Position numbers and translations under genes: made by a program
NCBI GenBank assembly: GCA_020059585.1
Contig: JAGVBU010000009.1
Span: forward strand, 962 to 64,961
Direction of reading: 5' to 3'
Origin: Minisyncoccota bacterium
GTDB lineage: Bacteria > Patescibacteriota > Minisyncoccia > UBA6257 > GWB1-50-10
DNA length: 64,000 nucleotides
Notes under the pieces: model-generated
Databases searched by the model: none
Told to the model about the DNA's origin: nothing
The model's input: only the letters and a program-made list of their open reading frames with translations
In this document: positions 42,465 to 51,644 of the stretch, in pieces
Layout: every line of letters begins with the position of its first letter
How positions within the stretch are numbered: position 1 is the first letter of the stretch

Positions 42465-43310
42465 CTATTCCGCCGCACAGGTATTTTTCCCCATAAGCGC
42501 GTAAAGTCCGCACCATCCGGTAAATGCCTCATATAACACGAACGTTCCGAATATCAGAACCGGAATATTCCAAAATGCCGTACCCCCGATAAAGAGAGTT
42601 CCTCCAAGAATGAGGCGGACAATTCTGTCTTTCTTCCCTGTGTTTTTTTCAAATTTTCCTGCCTCATCCCTTCCCACATAGCGTGCGGCAAGAACGAATA
42701 TTATTTTCCATATTCCAAACATTATCGCAAGAAATACAATACTTCCGACAATCCCTATGGGAGAGATAAAAATCGAAATCGCCGACTTCCCGAAAAAATC
42801 AATCTTCAATTTAGGAAGAAGCCACGTCGCCCGAAGAGTTTCCATAAATCCGAATTTCTCTTCTCCGCCTATTGCAAGCACGTACTTTCCCTCGTTTTTT
42901 TCATTAAAGACCGAGATCGCGTATGTCCCCGCTGGAACACGGGTCCCAAATTCGGGTCCCTTGAGATACCAATCCGCGCCGAATGGCTCATATATCACCT
43001 CCCATTCATCCGCATCCCCGTCAAGCGACGCGACACGCGTTTCCTCATCGATGCGGGATATATGCGCAGAGAATTTCTCCGCAGTATCTTCTTTCGGGAC
43101 CAAAAGCCCCGCGTAGAATTCAAAATCTTCTTTCGACTCTATCACGTACATACGCGGCGATCCTTGGAGTGTGTCATAAAACGCTTTTGAAATTTCCGGA
43201 TCGCTCACAAGAACAGGGCTTTGCGTCACAATGTTCGGCTGATGCGCGTATGCGTACCCCCAAAACAGTAAAGAAGAAGCTACTCCGAAAAATACAATAA
43301 TTTTCTTCAT
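42465..43310 (-). CDS. secreted domain fused to C-terminal DUF2892 (YgaP-like) membrane domain
   Basis: Start at MKKIIVFFGV (signal peptide); about 170-aa periplasmic region; C-terminal 2-TM module ending FTGWCGLYALMGKNTC, the GxC(P)xY signature of DUF2892. Confidence 0.5.
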   Translation of the reverse strand: MKKIIVFFGVASSLLFWGYAYAHQPNIVTQSPVLVSDPEISKAFYDTLQGSPRMYVIESKEDFEFYAGLLVPKEDTAEKFSAHISRIDEETRVASLDGDADEWEVIYEPFGADWYLKGPEFGTRVPAGTYAISVFNEKNEGKYVLAIGGEEKFGFMETLRATWLLPKLKIDFFGKSAISIFISPIGIVGSIVFLAIMFGIWKIIFVLAARYVGRDEAGKFEKNTGKKDRIVRLILGGTLFIGGTAFWNIPVLIFGTFVLYEAFTGWCGLYALMGKNTCAAE

Positions 43311-43377
43311 CGATTTCAGTGTACCTTGTGTGGTAATAATAAAAAAGTACACGACATATGCCGTGTACTTCGATTTT

Positions 43378-44280
43378 TCAATATAATGGATTCTTCTCTT
43401 CCTTTTCCCTGAGGAGATATGCTATCAATTCCTCTCTCTTTCTGTTGAGGATATTGAACATTATGAGCTGTATCAATTCCCTATCCCGCACTTTTTTCAT
43501 TTTTTCGAACACGATAGGAATCGAAAAACTCTCGAATCTTCCGTACAGTTCCTCTCTGAGAAGAGCTTCCTGAGAAGCGTGCCCGCGTCTTAGTGATTCA
43601 TTGAGAAACGCGATAAGTTCATCGGATGTAATGCTTTTTCTCCGGAAAATAGCCTCATTCAACGCGGCATCACATAATCTCCCCGAAGTCTTTCTTACGA
43701 TTCTTTGGAGATTTTCGATACTAATAGTCCTTAATTCAAGAAGGATGCGTGAAAAGAATTTTTCCTCTACCTCGTCTGGAATCTTTTTCATCGAACCTAA
43801 TGCCTCTAAGCATTCCTCAAGAGATGAGGTTTTTATGCTCATTCCTATCGAATCGGCGAGCTGATAGATTCCCGCTGTTTCGTGGATTTTTTCTACCATT
43901 GAGCATTTTTCAATAAGAGAAAGATCTCGTATACCTCGGGAGAATAATGAAAACAAAAACCGTTTCGTGTCTTGATATACGCTCTCTTCCGCAAAGATAA
44001 TGAGTTCATTCAAATGGTCGATCGTATTATGCATGCGCAGAGCATTTTTCACGATATCAATAGAGGATACCGGATTGTTTTCATTCTCATCTTCAAAACT
44101 AATTCCCATCGCATGGATTGTTTTTTCCAGCGTATCTTCTCCTAAAAGATCGCAAAGAATCAGAAGATCCTGAAATGGAACCTTCTGAATACGGAGAGAA
44201 AACGCATCTTTCCCTATGCGTCCCAGTTCATAAAGAGAAACGAGGAGCGGAATCTTATCTGCATATTTGTTGCGTTCCAT
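43378..44280 (-). CDS. hypothetical all-alpha protein
   Basis: 300 aa, Leu/Glu-rich, predicted helical repeats; no motif recognised. Confidence 0.4.
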   Translation of the reverse strand: MERNKYADKIPLLVSLYELGRIGKDAFSLRIQKVPFQDLLILCDLLGEDTLEKTIHAMGISFEDENENNPVSSIDIVKNALRMHNTIDHLNELIIFAEESVYQDTKRFLFSLFSRGIRDLSLIEKCSMVEKIHETAGIYQLADSIGMSIKTSSLEECLEALGSMKKIPDEVEEKFFSRILLELRTISIENLQRIVRKTSGRLCDAALNEAIFRRKSITSDELIAFLNESLRRGHASQEALLREELYGRFESFSIPIVFEKMKKVRDRELIQLIMFNILNRKREELIAYLLREKEEKNPLY

Positions 44281-44353
44281 TCAGACCTCCAGTGTCTTTT
44301 CATTAAGTAAAATGTCTTCTTATATAATAATATAAAAGAACATTTTAGTCAAA

Positions 44354-44809
44354 TTAATATGCTTTTTGAGTATATCCTTCGCACTGCGGAGGGATAAAGC
44401 ATCTGTTCGGATCAGCGTCCGGTCCCGGCATGCAGTTCACCCACTCGGGGCATCCGGCATATTTTTCATTCTTTGTGTCATCAAAAACACCTCCTTCTAT
44501 AGGCGTGGATTCCACAGAACCCCCCTTCCACTCGACACCACACTCGTTTCTGAAGAAACTCCACTCTTCACATTCTGTTCCGTCAGGAAACAAACAATAT
44601 CCAACCTCTCCGCCTGCATCGTCTTTTCGTATATCAATCTCATATCCGTACGCAATACACGCCTGCGACGCGGGGTTTGCAATCTGCACGACATCCTTAG
44701 AAGGAATGATTGTTGTTTCCTCTTTCGCGTCTTTCGGAGCCTTATTCGCAACAAATCCAATCCCCGCAAGAAGAATAAGCGCCACAATGATGAGTATATT
44801 TTTTTTCAT
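44354..44809 (-). CDS. DUF333-domain secreted protein (putative-hemolysin-like)
   Basis: 151 aa; signal peptide; NPASQACIAYGYE ... GYCLFPDGTECEEWSFFRNEC matches the DUF333 Cys pattern. Confidence 0.6.
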   Translation of the reverse strand: MKKNILIIVALILLAGIGFVANKAPKDAKEETTIIPSKDVVQIANPASQACIAYGYEIDIRKDDAGGEVGYCLFPDGTECEEWSFFRNECGVEWKGGSVESTPIEGGVFDDTKNEKYAGCPEWVNCMPGPDADPNRCFIPPQCEGYTQKAY

Positions 44810-44867
44810 TCTTTTATTATACCACGCGTCGTTTGATCTCGCAGTAATAATGCGGGAAAATAGTCAT

Positions 44868-45527
44868 ATGAAAGAGTCGCGGATCATTCTTATCGACAAG
44901 CCCGCCGGAATTACCTCATTTGATGTCATTCGGATATTAAGAAAAAAGTTAGGCATAAAAAAGATGGGGCACGCGGGAACGCTTGACCCTCTCGCAACAG
45001 GGCTTCTTATTATTGGCATCGGCGAGGGAACAAAAGAGCTTACGCGCTATATAAAACTTTCGAAAACCTACGAAGCGGAGATACTTTTCGGTACGAAAAC
45101 CGACACGGGAGACATTGATGGAAAAATACTTGATGAAAAACCAGCCTCACATATTTCCGAAAAAGAAATAAAGAACGCGATTGAAAAAATCGTGGGAACT
45201 CACTCTTTCTCGGTGCCATTTTATTCCGCGATAAAAGTGTCAGGAGTTCGCCTGTACGCGCATGCAAGAAAGGGAACCGCCGTAGAAATTCCAAAGAAAG
45301 AAATGACCGTCTATTCTGCGTCACTCACGCACATCGAAAATTCCGGAGAGAAAGTGATCGCGTCCGTTTCTATGGACGTATCAAGCGGAACATATGTCCG
45401 CACCATCGCCGAAGAGATAGGGCGCGTACTTTCAATTCCCGCAACGGTGCGAAATCTGCGCCGTACCCGCATTGGCGATTTTTTGATAAAGGACGCAATT
45501 CGCGTTTCCGATATTTCGGATGCGTGA
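44868..45527 (+). CDS. truB: tRNA pseudouridine(55) synthase TruB (short form, no PUA domain)
   Basis: Start at MKESRIILIDKPAGITSFDV; catalytic HAGTLDPLATG. The ORF-track N-extension overlaps the convergent DUF333 gene. Confidence 0.85.
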   Translation: MKESRIILIDKPAGITSFDVIRILRKKLGIKKMGHAGTLDPLATGLLIIGIGEGTKELTRYIKLSKTYEAEILFGTKTDTGDIDGKILDEKPASHISEKEIKNAIEKIVGTHSFSVPFYSAIKVSGVRLYAHARKGTAVEIPKKEMTVYSASLTHIENSGEKVIASVSMDVSSGTYVRTIAEEIGRVLSIPATVRNLRRTRIGDFLIKDAIRVSDISDA

Positions 45528-45593
45528 TGCACTTGATTCGCTTTCCTTGGTTGAGTATAGTGTTGACAGGAAATTAAAAAACACGGAGGAAAT

Positions 45594-46253
45594 ATGTTCC
45601 AGCCGATTCCAATGGATGAATTTTTGCATCGGACGGATGCAAAAATACCCGAATTTCCAAGCGAATTTCAATTCGTAGTGTCGCTCAGGGATATAATTGA
45701 GATTTCTGCGGTTCAGGTAATGCCTCTTGAATATATGAAGAAAATAATCAGAAACGTCACCCTTGAGGGAGATTCTTCATATAAACCATACAAAGACGCC
45801 GAGATCTCTTTGGCGAGGATGGATCCTCATGAATTAAACGTGGGGCAAACGTTTATTGAAAGAAAAAAATACCAATCAATACTCGAAAATTTCGGGAACG
45901 CGCTTATGCAGCATTATTGCGTTCCTCGCGGGATTGCAAAAGCGATGCCTGTTATTGTATTTGGAAAAACTGCGGCGATAGACCGAGCAGTTGCACTATA
46001 TCTTCCTCCCATTATCGAATCTAATTCGCGCCAATTCCTGATTGACGGAATTCACCGTAATTTCGTCGTAATGCGTACAGGAACCACCATTGAAAGTATT
46101 ATTATAAAAAACGTTAATGTTCCTCTTCCTTGCGATATCGGAAGGTGGGATATGGTGGAAATAATGGATGAAAAACCTCCCCGCGAAATGCGCTTTCATA
46201 ATCTGAACGTACATTTTTTCAGAAATCTGAAATTCGCTGGAGTAGATGGATAA
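45594..46253 (+). CDS. hypothetical protein with C-terminal ParB/sulfiredoxin-like (DGxHR) domain
   Basis: 219 aa; GGAGG RBS. PVIVFGKT...YLPPIIESNSRQFLIDGIHRNFVVMRTG resembles the ParB/Srx-fold core (DG[HQ]HR). Confidence 0.4.
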   Translation: MFQPIPMDEFLHRTDAKIPEFPSEFQFVVSLRDIIEISAVQVMPLEYMKKIIRNVTLEGDSSYKPYKDAEISLARMDPHELNVGQTFIERKKYQSILENFGNALMQHYCVPRGIAKAMPVIVFGKTAAIDRAVALYLPPIIESNSRQFLIDGIHRNFVVMRTGTTIESIIIKNVNVPLPCDIGRWDMVEIMDEKPPREMRFHNLNVHFFRNLKFAGVDG

Positions 46254-46259
46254 AAAAAC

Positions 46260-46291
46260 ATCCGCCTCGTAACCAATCGAGGCGATTTTTA
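46260..46291. terminator. bidirectional intrinsic terminator
   Basis: cgcctcg-N8-cgaggcg hairpin flanked by A7/T5, between convergent genes. Confidence 0.55.
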
Positions 46292-46765
46292 ATAATGATA
46301 TGTTTTTCCCTTTGCGAGGGTAATTCCCCTATACAATTGTTCAAATAAAAGCACGCGGGCAAATTCATGGGGAAACGTAAAACGAGAAAGCGCGATACGT
46401 TCATAATTCTTTGAATATAATTCTTCGCTGAATCCAAGAGCTCCTCCGATAATAAATACCATGGGAGTGCTTGAATGTTTTTCGAGGAATTCGGAAAACT
46501 CATATGATGTCATTTCCTTTCCCCGTTCATCGAGAAGGAAGATAGACGCTCCTCTTTTTTCTTCTTTTTCGGCAATCGCGCACACACGCTCCCCCTCTTT
46601 CTTTTTGGATTTTTTCTTTTCCGCATCGGTCGTAAACGATTCCGCGCGCGCTTCCACAAGACGGACGCGCGCAAAAGGGGCGAGGCGTTTCACATATGTC
46701 TCGCACAGAAACTGAATTGCGGATGATTTTATTCCCCCTACCGCAAGAATCGTAATATCGTGCAT
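46289..46765 (-). CDS. rlmH: 23S rRNA (pseudouridine1915-N3)-methyltransferase RlmH
   Basis: 158 aa SPOUT; ITILAVGG start region and a C-terminal ...TLAKGKTYHY-like tail. Confidence 0.8.
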   Translation of the reverse strand: MHDITILAVGGIKSSAIQFLCETYVKRLAPFARVRLVEARAESFTTDAEKKKSKKKEGERVCAIAEKEEKRGASIFLLDERGKEMTSYEFSEFLEKHSSTPMVFIIGGALGFSEELYSKNYERIALSRFTFPHEFARVLLFEQLYRGITLAKGKTYHY

Positions 46766-46767
46766 AT

Positions 46768-47445
46768 CTATTCTCCTTGCGCGATCTCCTCTGATTTTTC
46801 CTTTATTTTTCTGTCTGCTTTATAAAACCTAAGAAGAGAGAATACCACGATACTCCCCATTACGATACCAAGAAGATTTGCGAAAAAAACGAAGAAAAAG
46901 AAACGTGCCGCGTCAAAATCAAGCACGCTCAACCACACACCGACCGCGCTTATCGGCGGAACAAGAGAAACAGCAATCGCGATTCCCGGAAGCACCGCCG
47001 CAATCTCTTTGTGCGCCCACGCGAATGTCGCGGCAATTCCGGAAATCACCGCAACCACGAAGTAAAGAATTACCGTCCGCGCTGAATTATCAAAAATTGC
47101 CTCCTGCGGTACCCCGAAAATAAGCGCGACAAGACACGATACCACAACCACAAACCCGAACGATTTTCCAAGAAGGACGCCAAGGGGCTTAAGAAGCGCG
47201 GGTTCCCCCGTTGAAAACGCGAGAGCTAATGCGAGTACGGGGGTAAGCATAGGCGTTACAAGCATACCTCCTATAATGACAGGAGCATTTCCCAGAAGAA
47301 TACCGCACACAACAATAATCGAAGAAAGAATAAGAAGCGTGTAATATGTCAGGCTTGGTTTGCTTTCGTCTAAAAGCTCTTCAACAGTGCGATATTGATT
47401 CGATCGCGTGACCTTAAATACATTGTCTTCTTTCTTTTTTTCCAT
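46768..47445 (-). CDS. DUF389 family membrane protein
   Basis: 225 aa; GGMLVTPMLTPV motif and multi-TM core typical of DUF389. Confidence 0.6.
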   Translation of the reverse strand: MEKKKEDNVFKVTRSNQYRTVEELLDESKPSLTYYTLLILSSIIVVCGILLGNAPVIIGGMLVTPMLTPVLALALAFSTGEPALLKPLGVLLGKSFGFVVVVSCLVALIFGVPQEAIFDNSARTVILYFVVAVISGIAATFAWAHKEIAAVLPGIAIAVSLVPPISAVGVWLSVLDFDAARFFFFVFFANLLGIVMGSIVVFSLLRFYKADRKIKEKSEEIAQGE

Positions 47446-47464
47446 AATTTCTATTGTACCACTA

Positions 47465-48868
47465 TTATCCGAAAAATTGCTGTTGAATCACCCGAACCGC
47501 AAAAAAGATAAAAAAGAGCGAAATACATACCATAACTATATTCGTGAATATTCCGGGACGAAGTTTTCTTTCCAATTTCGTATTGTTCATGTATATGAGA
47601 AACGGCGTATATACGGCCATAGTAAGACCTCCGAGAACCGCTGAAATAACAAGAAGCGAAAGCGGCTGACGCATTGGAATGAGAAGCGCGCCTACGAAAA
47701 CAACGAGAGTGATAATACTGTAATATAACGTTCCCATCGGTATGCGTTCCGCCCATGAAAAGAAACGGCGCATTCCTCCCGCGCGGGAATTCGTATAAAT
47801 TATATCGCTTAACATTCTTGTGAGCGCATCAATCACCGTCCACATCACCGAGAAAAGCATAAGGAATGCCATAACAAGGAAAAGTATGAATCCGGGACGT
47901 CCGAGCGTACTTCCAAAAATGTGCGCCTGCACTACCGCCACATCAATCCCCTCTGGAACAAGATTCATCGGAGAAAGTACCGCATGCGCGTTGATACTCA
48001 AAAGAAGAAGAGAGATGAACCCTATAAGAAGGAATACTATCCCCTGATCTACCCGCATGAAACGCATCCACTTCTTCCATCGTATGATATTTTCCTGTGT
48101 ATCTTCAAAACAAAATCCCGTTGCGGCAATTGCCTCGTTTTTTCCGGTAATCGGATTTTCTATGCGTCCCACGTATTTTCCCATTCCTACCTGCTTGTCC
48201 CTGTACCAAAGAGAAACACAAAGATTAAGCATCCCCCCCGCGCCGGCAAATACAATCGCGCTAAGAAGAATGTTAATGTCTATATCTTTGGGTATTTTCC
48301 CGAAATCTAAAAATCCTCGCGCGACTTCCGCCCAATGATCTGCGCTCACGTTCAGAACGGTAATTGCGACGAGCATAAGGAAAAAAGTGGGAACGATTAT
48401 CTTTAGGGTCTTTTCTAGAAGCACATATGCCCTTTTCCCGAGAAACGTGATTATAAGCACAAGTCCGAGCGACCCCCATGCCCATCCGAAATGCGTTCCG
48501 AATCCGAAAAGTTCACGTAATGTGGTGCCTATCGCGCTCGCCCATCCGGGCCATATATATAAAAGTATTGCCGAAAGGAACCAAAATATAGGAAACCACT
48601 TGAACACCCGCGCGGAGGCGGTAAAAAAACTTTCCCCTGTAGAAATAGAATATCGCGCAACTTCATGATTGATAAAATACTGCGCGACAATCCCGAGAAG
48701 CGCCAACCAAAGAAGATTCACTCCGTATTTCGTCACAAGATGAGGCCACATAATGAGCTCCCCCGTTCCCATCGCGAGACCCGTGACGACAATACCCACG
48801 CCAAGCGCCTTCGTCCAATGAGGAGGGTTGGGCATTTCTTTTTTCTCAAGTTTTGGATATGTATCCAT
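47465..48868 (-). CDS. NRAMP-like / APC-superfamily metal-ion transporter
   Basis: About 11 TM. The N-terminal block TGLAMGTGELIM...GVNLLWLALLGIVAQYFINHEVARYSISTGESFF parallels the Nramp DPGN...LLW...Q.LAARLG.VTG region. Start at the ATG (MDTYPK); the ORF-track start at 48904 lies inside a palindrome. Confidence 0.45.
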   Translation of the reverse strand: MDTYPKLEKKEMPNPPHWTKALGVGIVVTGLAMGTGELIMWPHLVTKYGVNLLWLALLGIVAQYFINHEVARYSISTGESFFTASARVFKWFPIFWFLSAILLYIWPGWASAIGTTLRELFGFGTHFGWAWGSLGLVLIITFLGKRAYVLLEKTLKIIVPTFFLMLVAITVLNVSADHWAEVARGFLDFGKIPKDIDINILLSAIVFAGAGGMLNLCVSLWYRDKQVGMGKYVGRIENPITGKNEAIAATGFCFEDTQENIIRWKKWMRFMRVDQGIVFLLIGFISLLLLSINAHAVLSPMNLVPEGIDVAVVQAHIFGSTLGRPGFILFLVMAFLMLFSVMWTVIDALTRMLSDIIYTNSRAGGMRRFFSWAERIPMGTLYYSIITLVVFVGALLIPMRQPLSLLVISAVLGGLTMAVYTPFLIYMNNTKLERKLRPGIFTNIVMVCISLFFIFFAVRVIQQQFFG

Positions 48869-48899
48869 ATATTTCTCAGTATATGTGAAAAAAACACAT

Positions 48900-48940
48900 A
48901 ACAAAACTCCGTTCCGATTAAATCGGAACGGAGTTTTGTT
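48900..48940. repeat. 41-bp perfect palindrome (20-bp arms around one central base)
   Basis: aacaaaactccgttccgatt-a-aatcggaacggagttttgtt; the right arm is the exact reverse complement of the left. Confidence 0.9.
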
Positions 48941-49259
48941 TGAAAGCTTATACCTGCTGTCCCTCTGAAGGAGTTGCTGGCTCTGAGGAAGCCGGAGCTT
49001 CGGGTTGTGCCGGCGCGCTCTGCTCTTCTGCGGGAACGTTCTGCGGTTCCGCTGCAGGCGCCTGCTGCGTGTTCAATTCATCCATATTTTTTTAACAACC
49101 TTAAAAGCGGCTTGCGACTATTGCCACACGTTTTTCTCACCTCATTAGTCTACATACTCTACGGGAAAAAATCAAATTTTATCTTGCAAATATCTGAAAA
49201 ACATTGCATACTGTCCCCAGCATCGAAAACCGAATCAGACGTTATAAAGGGAGGTTTTT

Positions 49260-49736
49260 TTGAAAATTGTATATCTCATATTTGATCTTGCGTGGTTTTT
49301 GTTTTTTTCCTTTATTGTCGCGATACCATTCTGGATACTCATCCAAATATCCCAAACGCACGAAACACCTCTTCTTTACATACTGAGCGCCGCGGCGTAT
49401 GGCTCGCTGAGTGTTATCGCTATGAAAAAAATAATAGCCGTTCTTTCTTCAACTCATCGATGGAAAATCGTGCGGGAAAAAATTGACGCGATTATAGAAA
49501 GTGCCGCAAATGGAGGAGCTGCTACCTTTGTGCGTAAATGGGAATATATCGCGCTTGTAATCATTTCCGCGGTCGGATTTGCTCAAACCGCGATAATAAT
49601 TTCCGAAAACAGTAGAAGTCTTCTTCCTCATGGAGGAAAATGCGTTCATCTCGGCGTTTTCCTTTCGGCTTTCATCGCGTATTTTTTCTTTCGTGGGGGT
49701 TCGCAGATCATTGTATTCATTATCGACCTTTTTTAA
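49260..49736 (+). CDS. hypothetical membrane protein (4 TM)
   Basis: TTG start with strong AAAGGGAGG RBS 6 nt upstream; 158 aa. Confidence 0.5.
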   Translation: MKIVYLIFDLAWFLFFSFIVAIPFWILIQISQTHETPLLYILSAAAYGSLSVIAMKKIIAVLSSTHRWKIVREKIDAIIESAANGGAATFVRKWEYIALVIISAVGFAQTAIIISENSRSLLPHGGKCVHLGVFLSAFIAYFFFRGGSQIIVFIIDLF

Positions 49737-49914
49737 TTTTGTATCGCACGGCTTTTATGCCGTGCTTTTATTTGACTTTTTGTCTCTGGCGTTTGAAAAT
49801 CTATCTATATGAGCCCCTATACCTGCTTGCGCAGGAAGGGCTCAGTTCCGACGATTTTGTCGGAGTTCCGACCGGAAGCGTTGGAACTGATTAAAAATTA
49901 TTTATAGCGTATAT

Positions 49915-49987
49915 GCCCCTATAGCTCAGCTGGTAGAGCAGTTGCCTTTTAAGCAATTGGTCCTAGGTTCGAATCCTAGTGGGGGCA
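49915..49987 (+). tRNA. tRNA-Lys (anticodon TTT)
   Basis: GCCCCTATAGCTCAGCTGGTAGAGC...anticodon loop CTTTTAA...GGTTCGAATCC...TGGGGGCA; acceptor has one G-U; no encoded CCA. Confidence 0.85.
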
Positions 49988-50084
49988 CAAAACGGATTGC
50001 GCGATGCGCAAAGCGAGACACATTGTGTCTCGCGTTCCGTTTTGTGCGGCGCCTGCCTGCCGGTAAGACAGAGGCGGGAAGATC

Positions 50085-50816
50085 TTAAATTTCAAAACCT
50101 TTCAGATACTTTATTCTTTGTGCTTCCGGAAACCTTTCTATTGCATATCTCAGCGTAACGCGCGGCATTGTTTTGTAGTATTTTCTTAAAAACACCTCTT
50201 CCTTATGAAGTGAACGCTTCCCCACTTCCCGAAGCATCCACCCTACTGCCTTTCGGATGAGATCGTGAGGGTCGTGCACAAGTATTTCCGCGATGGAGAG
50301 TGCGTCCGAAAATACTCCTTGTTTTATAAAATAAAAGGAAGCAATCATCGCGACTCTCCTGCTCCACACATTCTTTGAGCGCGCAAGGATAAAAAGGTTT
50401 TTTTTATCACGATTGAATAAATGTCTCCCAACTATCGCACTCGCGGAAATGTCCACAAGATCCCAGTTATTTATCCAACGTAGGTTCCTTATGTACGCGC
50501 GATATATACGTTCATCGTCATTTCCACTCTCATACTTTTTTACAAGAATGCGAAGCGCAAGCGAACGCGCTTCGTGAATTTCAGAATGGAGAATTTTCTC
50601 TATTCCCCGTATGGAGATATCTCTATATTTTGTTGCTAACACATTCAATTCGGGAGAGCTGATTCCAAAAAATACATCCCCCGCCGCGTATTCTCCGCGA
50701 TTTGTTTTAAAAAAACGACGGTATATTTTTGCTTTTTTCTCGTTCCTGCGTTTTTTTAAATCCTTTTTTAATTCACTAAGACCGTCTTTCATGAAAAAGA
50801 AATTCGTTCGATGCAT
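50085..50816 (-). CDS. DNA alkylation repair enzyme (AlkD/AlkC-like HEAT-repeat glycosylase)
   Basis: 243 aa; NNWDLVDISA and HEAT-like repeats of the DNA_alkylation family. The start may be the internal MKDGL at 50792. Confidence 0.65.
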   Translation of the reverse strand: MHRTNFFFMKDGLSELKKDLKKRRNEKKAKIYRRFFKTNRGEYAAGDVFFGISSPELNVLATKYRDISIRGIEKILHSEIHEARSLALRILVKKYESGNDDERIYRAYIRNLRWINNWDLVDISASAIVGRHLFNRDKKNLFILARSKNVWSRRVAMIASFYFIKQGVFSDALSIAEILVHDPHDLIRKAVGWMLREVGKRSLHKEEVFLRKYYKTMPRVTLRYAIERFPEAQRIKYLKGFEI

Positions 50817-51361
50817 TTGTATTCCGGACCTCCTTTCTGGAGAACAGACTCCATAAGATCGAGAGATGGAATCTTATATGCCATTTCAATTGGTTCTCTT
50901 ACATAAGATTCTCTTGGTGGGTTTTTGAAAAGACGTATTAATGAGATGTGCGCGGTAAAATCTTTCCAGTCATTTTTCTTCATAATACCAAGCGCGTTGC
51001 ATTTTTTATCAAATTCATTTCTCATGACTCCAAGCATTTTCGAATCATCGGGACTGCCATTCGCCCAGATTATACGCGGAGGTTTATGAGTATCGAACGT
51101 AACCTCAGTGATATAGATCTCTTTTCCCTTCTCTTTGTGCAATTCTACAACGTGTTTCATTGCCTCCATGATTTTCGGAATATTCTTTTCGTCCTCTTCC
51201 CCGATGAATTTTAGAGTGATGTGCCAATCTATTTCGGGAATCTCCCGTCCACACGAAAGAATTGAATCATCGATCCTGTCGATAGCATAACGCAATTCAC
51301 GGCTTATTGCTTCGGGCACGGGAATTGCGACAAAAAGCCTTCTTTTCATACGCTTTATCAT
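50789..51361 (-). CDS. thpR: RNA 2',3'-cyclic phosphodiesterase (2H phosphoesterase, ThpR/LigT)
   Basis: Two H-x-T/S-x motifs (WHITLKF, TAHISLIR). Start set at MIKRMKRRLFVAIPVPE; alternatives are 51349 or 51436. Confidence 0.7.
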   Translation of the reverse strand: MIKRMKRRLFVAIPVPEAISRELRYAIDRIDDSILSCGREIPEIDWHITLKFIGEEDEKNIPKIMEAMKHVVELHKEKGKEIYITEVTFDTHKPPRIIWANGSPDDSKMLGVMRNEFDKKCNALGIMKKNDWKDFTAHISLIRLFKNPPRESYVREPIEMAYKIPSLDLMESVLQKGGPEYKCIERISFS

Positions 51362-51377
51362 ACCATACAATAAAACC

Positions 51378-51644
51378 ATGCCTCGCGGGATAGAATCGAA
51401 TGAATATATGAAGTCCATCAGAGAACGCTCCGGCAATATGCGGGTAGGATATAAGCATCAGCTTATTGGACTCGAGGTAGCAGATCTTCTCGATGATAGA
51501 CCGCACAAGGCGCTCTATATAAAACTTGTGAAAAAGCTAGGAGAGCAAAAAATCCTTTCACTTGCAAAAGATGTCGCCGAGAGGAAAAATATAAAGAACA
51601 AGGGAGCGTATTTTATGAGAATGCTCCATACAAAAAATACATAA
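51378..51644 (+). CDS. hypothetical small basic protein (winged-helix-like?)
   Basis: 88 aa, lysine-rich C-terminus KNIKNKGAYFMRMLH. The start is uncertain; internal Met at 51408 or 51438 are alternatives. Confidence 0.35.
   Translation: MPRGIESNEYMKSIRERSGNMRVGYKHQLIGLEVADLLDDRPHKALYIKLVKKLGEQKILSLAKDVAERKNIKNKGAYFMRMLHTKNT

Noticed and set aside
48974-49285. 103-aa plus-strand ORF in the GC-rich island upstream of the transporter
   Set aside because: Low-complexity, no RBS, overlaps a 45-aa minus-strand micro-ORF in the same CTGC-repeat stretch. Neither can be affirmed; only the micro-ORF is reported, as speculative.
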